Assembly: GCF_902713615.1 (NCBI RefSeq)
Contig: NC_052163.1
Location: 109,918,622-109,982,621 of the forward strand
Origin: Scyliorhinus canicula
Lineage: Eukaryota
Direction of reading: 5' to 3'
DNA: 64,000 nt
In this document: in pieces, positions 11,544 through 20,644 of the stretch
How positions within the stretch are numbered: position 1 is the first letter of the stretch
Layout of the letters: each line of letters starts with the position of its first letter
Position numbers and translations under genes: made by a program
Notes under the pieces: model-generated
Database searches by the model: none
What the model saw: the letters and a program-made list of their open reading frames with translations, nothing else
Told to the model about the DNA's origin: nothing

Positions 11544-13215
11544 AATCATGTAATAAGGTGGTTACTCCCAATTTGTAAATGTGCCTGGATTCCTGATGCC
11601 AATGAGAGGCACAAAGGGAGGCAGCTTCCCTTGCTGCTTGGTCCGCAAGAGCATTTCCTCTTGCTTCCATAGTGTCCTCATGAGTATGGGCTTTACATTT
11701 TAGAACTGATACTTCTTTGGGCAAGGTCATAGCTTCTAGAAGATCTCGTACTTCCTTTCCATTTCGGATAGGTGTACCTGCTGGTGTGAGAAATCCTCTT
11801 TTTCTCCACAGTTGGCCAAAATCATGTGCTACTCCAAAACCATATCTGGAGTCAGTATAGATGTTAGCAGTTTTATCTCTTGCCACATGACATGCTTCTG
11901 TAAGTGCCTTTAATTCGGCCTGCTGAGCTGATGTAGCTGGGGGCAAACTTCCTTCAGCTAATACTTCGTATGGGCTTGTGACTGCCCACCCAGCTTTCCT
12001 GATACCCTTGTCAATAAAAGAGGAACCATCTGTGAATAGGATTAAATCTGGGTTCTGTAGTGGCTCTTCTTCTACTAAGCGTACTTCTTCCATTTCCTCT
12101 ATTATTTTCACACAGTCATGCACTTCTCTCTCTCCCTTCCCTTGTTCCTCGGGAAGCGGGAGCAAGGACGATGGGTTTACAGGACTGGCTTTGTGAAAAT
12201 ATAGGTTGGGAGCTTCCAAAATTGCTGTCCATCTAGTCCATCTAGCTGATGTAACTTGTGATACTCTGTTCATGGATAGTAGAGAATGGACTGAATGTGG
12301 ACATTTAATGATTAACTTTTGGTCTAGAACAAGTCCAGATGTAATCATTACAGCTCGACATGTAGCTTCCATGGCTCGTAAGCAACTGCCAAATGCTAGT
12401 GCCACATTGTCAAGTTTAAAGGAATAGTACCCAACTGGTCTTAACTGATCACCATGTTCTTGAGCTAGTACTGCAGTCATGTAACCATCTCTTTCATGAA
12501 CAAACATGGTAAAAGGTTTTCCGTTGTTTGGAATACTTAAGGCTGGCGCTGAACACAGGACCTTTTTCAAATTCAGAAATGATTGTTTTTGTTCAGAATT
12601 GAGTTTAACTCGATCTTTTGATTTTTTGTTTCCTTTTAGAAGATCATTCAATGGCTGGCATAACTGAGTATAAGAATCAATCCAATTTCTGTTAAAATTA
12701 CAGAGTCCCAAGAAAGATCTGACTTCCTGTACAGTTGAGGGTTGTTTAGCTGCTTTGATGGCAGCTGTTCTGTTCTGAGTAAGTTCCCTTTTGCCTTTGG
12801 AAATTTTCTGTCCCAAGTAAACAACTTCTTCCTGGGTAATTTGTGCTTTTGCAAAGCTAGCTTTGTGACCATTTGTACTGAGGTGGTTCAAGACCACCCG
12901 TAAGTCCTTTTCATGGTCATCTTTATTGATGGAGGCTAACAGAACATCATCTACATACTGAATAATGGTTGAAGGCAGATCAGGCAGTTCCCTGATGTGA
13001 TTCTGCAGAGCCATGTGGTAAACAGTTGGGCTATTGTGAAAACCTTGCGGTAGTCTAGTCCATGTGTACTGTTGTTGATTGACTGTAAAAGCAAACCATG
13101 GTTGTACTTGTTTAGCTAATGGTACTGACCAGAAGCCATTTGCCATATCAATGACTGAAAACCACTGAAGGTCAGGAGTTAAAGAGTTAAAAATTGTAGA
13201 CGGATCTGCCACTAC
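11542..13215 (-). pseudogene. pol: Retroviral pol fragment: RT (N-terminally truncated), tether, RNase H; no integrase
   Basis: FSVIDMANGFWSVPL, YTWTRLPQGFHNSP, QYVDD, tether PVGYYSFKLD, RNase H FTDGSS / SAQQAELKAL / IYTDSRY / GNALAD. The dual-RNase H layout is retroviral. The first ~34 aa of the track ORF are antisense CR1. Confidence 0.93.
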
Positions 13216-13258
13216 TTTAATTCTGTAAAGTAAGAGCAATTCTGTAAAGTAAGAGGGG

Positions 13259-14194
13259 ATGGAGGCTAGGGCAGTTGCATGCTCCTCCTGTAGGATGTGG
13301 GTGGTGAGGGATACCACTGGTGTCCCCGCTGACTATACCTGCGGGAAGTGCACCCAACTCCAGCTCCTCAGAGACCGTGTTAAGGTACTGGAGCTGGAGC
13401 TGGATGAACTTCGGATCATCCGGGAGGCAGAGGGGGTCATAGAGAAGAGTTACAGGGAGGTAGTCACACCAAAGGTACTGGACAAGAGTAGCTGGGTTAC
13501 AGTCAGGGGAAAGAAAACTAACAGGCAGACAGTGCAGGGATCCCTCGTGGCCGTTCCCCTTCAAAACAAGTATACCGTTTTGGATGCTGTTGGGGGGGAT
13601 GACCTACCGGGGGAAGGCCCCAGCGGCCAGGTCTCTGGCACTGAGTCTGGCTCTGGGGCTCAGAAGGGAAGGAGGGAGCATAGAAAAGCAATAGTAATAG
13701 GAGATTCAATGGTTAGGGGAATAGATAGGAGATTCTGTGGTCGCGAGCGAGACTCCCGAAAGGTATGTTGCCTCCCGGGTGCCAGGGCCAGGGATGTCTC
13801 TGATCGTGTCTTCGGGATCCTGAAGGGGGAGGGTGAGCAGCCAGAAGTCGTGGTGCTCATTGGTACCAACGATGTAGGTAGGAAAAAGGGTGTGGAGGTA
13901 ATAAACAAGTTTAGGGAGTTAGGCTGGAAGTTAAAGGCCAGGACAGACAGAGTTGTCATCTCTGGTTTGTTGCCGGTGCCACGTGATAGCGAGGCTAGGA
14001 ATAGGGAGAGAGTGCAGTTGAACACGTGGCTGCAGGAATGGTGTAGGAGGGAGGGCTTCAGGTATTTGGATAATTGGAGCGCATTCTGGGGAAGGTGGGA
14101 CCTGTACAAGCAGGACGGGTTGCATCTGAACCAGAGGGGCACCAATATCCTGGGGGGGAGGTTTTCTAGTACTCTTCGGGAGGGTTTAAACTAA
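13259..14194 (+). CDS. CR1 ORF1: zinc finger (CxxC...CxxC), coiled coil and SGNH/GDSL esterase domain
   Basis: CSSCRMW...CGKC, LELELDEL zipper, VIGDSMVRG, LIGTNDV, DGLHLN motifs; 311 aa open. Confidence 0.9.
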   Translation: MEARAVACSSCRMWVVRDTTGVPADYTCGKCTQLQLLRDRVKVLELELDELRIIREAEGVIEKSYREVVTPKVLDKSSWVTVRGKKTNRQTVQGSLVAVPLQNKYTVLDAVGGDDLPGEGPSGQVSGTESGSGAQKGRREHRKAIVIGDSMVRGIDRRFCGRERDSRKVCCLPGARARDVSDRVFGILKGEGEQPEVVVLIGTNDVGRKKGVEVINKFRELGWKLKARTDRVVISGLLPVPRDSEARNRERVQLNTWLQEWCRREGFRYLDNWSAFWGRWDLYKQDGLHLNQRGTNILGGRFSSTLREGLN

Positions 14195-17084
14195 TTTGGC
14201 AGGGGTATGGGAACCGGATCTGTAGTCCAGCAACTAAGGTAGACGATAGTCAGGACGCCAAAGCACGTAGTGATGCAGTGGGGAAGGTAACAATGACAAA
14301 GGAGAGTACTTGCAGGCAAGGAGATGGGTTGAAGTGTGTATACTTTAATGCAAGAAGCATCAGGAATAAGGTGGGTGAACTTAAGGCATGGATCTGTACT
14401 TGGGACTACGATGTGGTGGCCATCACGGAAACTTGGATAGAAGAGGGGCAGAAATGGTTGTTGGAGGTCCCTGGTTATAGATGTTTCAACAAGATTAGGG
14501 AGAATGGTAAAAGAGGTGGGGGGTGGCATTGTTAATTAGAGATAGTATAACAGCTGCAGAAAGGCAGTTCGCGGGGGATCTGCCTACTGAGGTAATATGG
14601 GTTGAAGTCAGAAATAGGAAAGGAGCAGTCACCTTGTTGGGAGTTTTCTATAGGCCCCCCAATAGCAGCAGAGATGTGGAGGAACAGATTGGGAAACAGA
14701 TTTTGGAAAGGTGCAGAAGTCACAGGGTAGTAGTCATGGGCGACTTCAACTTCCCAAACATTGAGTGGAAACTCTTTAGATCAAATAGTTTGGATGGGGT
14801 AGTGTTTGTGCAGTGTGTCCAGGAAGCTTTTCTAACACAGTATGTAGATTGTCCGACCAGAGGGGAGGCCATATTGGATTTAGTACTTGGTAATGAACCA
14901 GGGCAGGTGATAGATTTGTTAGTGGGGGAGCATTTTGGAGGTAGTGACCACAATTCTGTGACTTTCACTTTAGTAATGGAGAGGGATAGGTGCATGCAAC
15001 AGGGCAAGGTTTATAATTGGGGGAAGGGTAAATACAATGCTGTCAGACAAGAATTGAAGTGCAGAAGTTGGGAACATAGGCTGTCAGGGAAGGACACAAG
15101 TGAAATGTGGAACTTGTTCAAGGAACAGGTACTGCGTGTCTTTGATATGTATGTCCCTGTCAGGCAGGGAAGAGATGGTCGAGTGAGGGAACCATGGTTG
15201 ACAAGAGAGGTTGAATGTCTTGTTAAGAGGAAGAAGGAGACTTATGTAAGGCTGAAGAAACAAGGTTCAGACAGGGCGCTGGAGGGATACAAGATAGCCA
15301 GGAGGGAACTGAAGAAAGGGATTAGGAGAGCTAAGAGAGGGCATGAAAAATCTTTGGCGGGTAGGATCAAGGAAAACCCCAAGGCCTTTTACACATATGT
15401 GAGAAATATGAGAATGACTAGAGCAAGGGTAGGTCCGATTAAGGACAGTAGCGGGAGATTGTGTATTGAGTCTGAAGAGATAGGAAAGGTCTTGAACAAG
15501 TATTTTTCTTCAGTATTTACAAACGAGAGGGGCCATATTGTTGGAGAGGACAGCGTGAAAAAGCAGACTGATAAGCTTGAGGAGATACTTGTCAGGAAGG
15601 AAGATGTGTTGCGCTTTTTGAAAAACTTGAGGATAGACAAGTCCCCCGGGCCTGACGGGATATATCCAAGGATTCTATGGGAAGCAAGAAATTAAATTGC
15701 AGAGCCGTTGGCAATGATCTTTTCGTCCTCGCTGTCAACAGGGGTGGTACCAGAGGATTGGAGAGTGACGAATATCGTGCCCCTGTTCAAAAAAGGGAAT
15801 AGGGATAACCCTGGGAATTACAGGCCAGTTAGTCTTACTTCGGTGGTAGGCAAAGTAATGGAAAGGGTACTGAGGGATAGGATTTCTGAGCATCTGGAAA
15901 GGCATTGCTTGATTAGGGATAGTCAGCACGGATTTGTGAGGGGTAGGTCTTGCCTTACAAGTCTTATTGAATTCTTTGAGGAGGTGACCAAGCATGTGGA
16001 TGAAGGTAAAGCAGTGGATGTAGTGTACATGGATTTTAGTAAGGCATTTGACAAGGTTCCCCATGGTAGGCTTATGCAGAAAGTAAGGAGGCATGGGATA
16101 GTGGGAAATTTGGCCAGTTGGATAACAAACTGGCTAACCGATAGAAGACAGAGAGTGGTGGTGGATGGCAAATATTCAGCCTGGAGCCCAGTTATCAGTG
16201 GCGTACCGCAGGGATCAGTTCTGGGTCCTCTGCTGTTTGTGATTTTCATTAACGACTTGGATGAGGGAGTTGAAGGGTGGGTCAGTAAATTTGCAGATGA
16301 TACGAAGATTGGTGGAGTTGTGGATAGTGAGGAGGGCAGTTGTCGGCTTCAAAGAGACATAGATAGAATGCAGAGCTGGGCTGAGAAGTGGCAGATGGAG
16401 TTTAACCCTGACAAGTGTGAGGTTGTCCATTTTGGAAGGACAAATCTGAATGCGGAATACAGGGTTAATGGTAGGGTTCTTGGCAATGTGGAGGAGCAGA
16501 GAGATCTTGGGGTCTATGTTCATAGTTCTTTGAAAGTTGCCACTCAAGTGGATAGAGCTGTGAAGAAGGCCTATGGTGTGCTAGCGTTCATTAGCAGAGG
16601 GATTGAATTTAAGAGCCGTGAGGTGATGATGCAGCTGTACAAAACCTTGGTCAGGCCAAATTTGGAGTACTGTGTGCAGTTCTGGTCACCTCATTTTAGG
16701 AAGGATGTGGAAGCTTTGGAAAAGGTGCAAAGGAGATATACCAGGATGTTGCCTGGAATGGAGAGTAGGTCATACGAGGAAAGGTTGAGAGTGCTAGGCC
16801 TTTTCTCATTAGAACGGAGAAGGATGAGGGGCGACTTGATAGAGGTTTATAAGATGATCAGGGGAATAGATAGAGTAGACAGTCAGAGACTTTTTCCCCG
16901 GGTGGAACACACCATTACAAGGGGACATAAATTTAAGATAAATGGTGGACGATATAGAGGGGATGTCAGAGGTAGGTTCTTTACCCAGAGAGTAGTGGGG
17001 GCATGGAATGCACTGCCTGTGGTAGTAGTTGAGTCGGAAAAGTTAGGGACCTTCAAGCGGCTATTGGATAGGTACTTGGATTAG
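14195..17084 (+). pseudogene. CR1 ORF2 (APE endonuclease + RT) with one frameshift (about 14520, in a G run) and one in-frame stop (15693-15695)
   Basis: YFNARSI, VAITETW, GDFN, SDH; [27 protein letters not shown]. Confidence 0.9.
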
Positions 17085-17259
17085 GGTAGAATAATGGTGT
17101 GTAGGTTAACTTCTTAAGGGCAGCACGGTAGCATTGTGGATAGCACAATTGCTTCACAGCTCCAGGGTCCCAAGTTCGATTTCGACTTGGGTCACTGTCT
17201 GTGTGGAGTCTGCACATCCTCCCCGTGACTGCGTGGGTTTCCTCCGGGTACTCCGGTTT

Positions 17260-19204
17260 GTCTGTCCTCAAAATCCTGAATATCTTCATTACTTTTTTGA
17301 ATGCAAGATGTGATCTTAGACCAATCGGTCCTCGGGGGGCGATATGTTAATAGCCAATCCCTGATTGCTAGCCAACCAGCGTCTAAATTTTGCAAATCGT
17401 CTCCAAGGGCAAATTCCACCTCAGTTCTAAGGGTTGAAATTATGCGAGTACCGAGCATGATAGTTAGAACTTGTACTCCATCAAATGGGTGGAGACTGTA
17501 AATGGATTTTAATCTGTTAATTCCATTCCATGTGGACATACCACCCTTTTTAGGATGTGGGAGATGTTTGGACCATTTGTCAATTTATGCAGGCTCTGCT
17601 GGTTCCTGAGTCCATTGATGATCAAATATGTTTCTAGAGATAGTTTCACCTTCTTCCTCTATTTTTTTGCTTCCAACTCTAACCCGTTTGCGTTTTAAAG
17701 GGGCTAGTTGAATTAATTTAGTATTACGCTTTGTAGGAACACTATCTTCGTCTGATTCATTTGGCAGAGGAATTAATTTATTCTTGACACTTGATCTCGG
17801 CTGTGCATTTGCTAATTGTGCCACTAGGTGGGGTGCTTGGGCTGCTTGTTGAGTTTGTGTTACTTCAGCTGCTGTTTGAATCTGAGCTGTGCTTTGCTTC
17901 AAACAGTCTTTTAGGACCTTGCCGCTTTCAGTGGCAGTGTTTAAATCTTTTTTTAAAACATATCTTTCTTCGATTAACTTGCAATTATCATATTCAATTC
18001 GCTCAGTTTTTGATTGCAACCTTTGGTATCTTGACTCTACTTCAAAAATTTGATCTTGTAATTCTGCTGTTTGAATAGATAACTTCTGGAGTTTAGAGGT
18101 TTTGTTTTGCAATTCTGTTCCAATTACATCATAATGTTCAAGTTTAGATTCTGCATCTTGCAATTCTCTTTCTAAAACACATTTTTGTTCCATTACCTTG
18201 TACTTTTCAAGTTCAATTCGCTCAGTTTTTGATTGCAACTTTTGGTATCTTGACTCCACTTCAAAAATTTGATTTTGTAATTCTGCTATTTGAGAAGATA
18301 ACTGCTGGAGTTTAGAAGTTTTGTTTTGCAATTCTGTTTCAATTTCATCATAATGTTCAAGTTTTGCTTTTGTATCTTGCAATTCTTTTTCTAAAACACA
18401 TTTTTCTTCAATTAACTTGGAATTTTCAAGTTCAGTTTGATCAGTTTTTAATTGCAACTGTTTGTATTTTGACTCTACTTCAAAAATTTGATTTTGGAAC
18501 TCTATTTGAACAGATAACTGCTGGAGTTTAGAAGTTTTGTTTTGCAATTCTGTTCTAAGTTCATCGTCCTGTTCAAATTTGGATTTTACATCTCGCAATT
18601 CTCTTTCTAAAACACAGTTTTCTTCAATTAACTTGTACTTTTCAAGTTCAATTTGCTCAGTTTTTGATTGCAGCTGTTGGTTTTTTGATTCCACTTCAAA
18701 AATTTGATTTTGTACTTCTGCTATTTGAACAGGCAACTGCTGGAGTTCAGAGATTTTGTTTTCCAAATCAGTTCTAATTTCATCGTCAGATTCAAGTTTT
18801 GCTTTTGCATCTTGCAATTCTTCAACAACTGCAATTAGTTGGTCTTTAGTGGTCCTATACTCATGATCAGTTTTATTTTTAGTAATTATCTCTTGCTGTC
18901 TGCGTAATTGTCCCATAATTGCCAGGGACCATTTAACACGTTCTGCACTGTGCAATCGTGTGCATTTTCCCCATGCTCTCTTGATATTATCAAAGGACCA
19001 CTGTCCTCTGCGGATATTATACTTTGATTCAATTTTTCTTGAGGTTTCACAAAGGTCAAATTGTTTACGAAAGAAAGACCCAAAATCCCGCAACATATCT
19101 TCAACGGAAACATCTGGTATCCCAGTTCCTCCTTTTACCGTCGTAGGGAGTAAATTTCTGCCTTCTAAAGGGTCTAAATCTATACTTTCATCTGGATCAG
19201 CCAT
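17260..19204 (-). pseudogene. gag: Retroviral gag: 539-aa N-terminal ORF with 4 tandem ~73-aa coiled-coil repeats, in-frame TAA at 17585-17587, then capsid-like region truncated at 17260
   Basis: Located just after the PBS/leader. The frame continues through the stop (…EPA*IDKWSKHLPHPKKGGMSTW…) to an MHR-like DWSKITSCIQKSNEDIQDFEDR. Confidence 0.8.
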
Positions 19205-19505
19205 AAATTCAACCTTTCACTTAACTTTTTGTGTGTAGGCTGTGTTAGTCTCAACAACCGGCACCTGATTGATTTAACACAGTCTATAAAAATGTCCTTT
19301 TCAGGGGTCGAAGCACTGATTGATGCGGCTTTAAGACTTTTAATGGGTGAAAAAGATATTTCTTACCCCAGTCTAGCCGTGGATTCCGACTGTCTTCCGA
19401 TCTCTTCCGATTATTCCCGAAGCTTCCGTCGTCGCCTGGTCCTCCTCCGATTTCTCACGAAGCTTTCCGAACCTCTCCGAAGGTCGTATCAGAACTCCTC
19501 CCCCG

Positions 19506-19520
19506 CTGTCGACTACGCCA
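19506..19520 (-). other. Primer-binding site complementary to the tRNA-Ser 3' end
   Basis: TGGCGTAGTCGACAG, 3 nt downstream of the LTR ...TTCTTCA end; vertebrate tRNA-Ser(AGA/TGA) ends ...CCTGCCGACTACGCCA (14/15 match). Confidence 0.88.
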
Positions 19521-19523
19521 AGT

Positions 19524-20417
19524 TGAAGAATCTTAGGATTGAAGTTTATTCAATTTATGGTTACCGGTTGTTCTTGAGACATTGCTGAAACTCAGTAGAA
19601 ATTCAAGTTAAAAACTTGTCAGGTGCAAATAAGAATTGTTTTATTTGAAGTTCATTGGTTACAACTTGAAAATCATTTAAAAGGTAGTTTGTAGACAATT
19701 TGATTTTCTTCAAAGAATCACAGGAATTATCTTCTGAGACAATAGCCTGAACACAACTTTAAAAGTCAAAGTCTGAAGTCAAAGTATGAAAATGAAATAT
19801 GAATACAGAACTCTTTTCTAATTCTCTTCCTTTACTTTCTCTCTTTCTGTCTCTTTCTTCTCTTTGTCTCTTTCTGAAATGGTGGCCAAATCATCCATGG
19901 ATATACTATTTCATATCTGTCTTAAGCGATCCGATCACACCCCAATATAATCCTAATTGGTTTAAGTTAGACTCAAAACACATTTGATTTGATAACAAGC
20001 CGTCCATCTTCACAATGTAACATTACTTCCAATTATTGCTTGTCTGCAACAATGGAGACGTTATGTCATCTCATCATACTATGCGAGGCATAATTCCGAA
20101 AATATAATTGAAACTGTCTTTTAACACAGTCTAAAATGTTTCGGCTTGCATAAGTTATGGAATGTGGTTCAGGCTGTTATCACAAGTGGCCTGAAATCAG
20201 AACAATAGAGCCTTTAATGCTTCCACCTCATTGCCATGGGATTCAGCCCTTGTCCTTGGAAAAATGTGATGTTTTTATCAGTGTTTCTGTGTTTTCCAAA
20301 CTCATGACTGAGTTTAGAAATTGTATGTTTCTTTCATTTTAAAACTGGGAATTAATATTTATGCTTTAAACAGCTTTTTACCTATATTAAGTGTATTTAA
20401 AATACCTGACTTCTACA
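19524..20417 (-). mobile_element. 5' LTR of the ERV (894 bp)
   Basis: Starts TGTAGAAG, ends TTCTTCA, followed by the PBS; on the minus strand, CCAAT near 19957, TATA-like near 19905, AATAAA near 19645 and 19550. Confidence 0.88.
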
Positions 20418-20644
20418 GTACGCAATTCATTTGTTCCAATTAAGGGCCAATTTAGCGTGGCCAATTCACCTACCCTGCACATCTTTGGGTTGTGGGGGCG
20501 AAACCCACGCAGACACGGGGAGAATGTGCAAACTCCAGACGGTGACCCAGAGCCGGGGTCGAACCTGGGACCTCGTCGCCATGAGGCAGCAATGCTAACC
20601 ACTGCACTGCGCCACCGTGCGGCCCCTGCTATTGGAGTAATAAT

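Larger units (their letters stand above)
13216..17259 (+). mobile_element. Young CR1/HER1-type LINE with nearly full coding region inside the ERV, 3'-truncated within an embedded SINE
   Basis: Intact ORF1 and nearly intact ORF2; ends abruptly at CTCCGGTTT|GTCTGTCC with no microsatellite tail and no TSD. Confidence 0.93.
11445..20417 (-). mobile_element. Endogenous retrovirus, aberrant provirus: LTR-PBS-gag-[CR1]-pol(RT/tether/RNase H)-inverted U3 end
   Basis: TG...CA termini, 5-bp TSD GTACG (11440-11444, 20418-20422), PBS, gag and pol ORFs; no integrase, env, PPT or direct 3' LTR seen. Confidence 0.93.
11420..20627 (-). mobile_element. V-SINE split by the ERV (pieces 11420-11444 and 20418-20627)
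   Basis: Joining the pieces gives AAATTTAGAGTACGCAATTCATTTGTTCC, matching intact SINE tails (e.g. near 21594, AAATTTAGAGTACCCAATTCATTTTTTCC). The SINE has its own 17-bp TSD GCTRTTGGAGTAATAAT at 11403-11419 and 20628-20644 (1 mismatch). Confidence 0.9.

Noticed and set aside
17585-19204. Host myosin/SMC/golgin-like gene
   Set aside because: Intronless, sits directly behind LTR-PBS and continues in frame into a capsid-like MHR region
11445-20417. Conventional DNA transposon, Polinton or DIRS element (because of the inverted termini)
   Set aside because: No transposase, PolB or tyrosine recombinase. The repeat is simply the first 99 bp of a bona fide LTR followed by a PBS, and the RT/RNase H are retroviral; DIRS elements generally lack TSDs.
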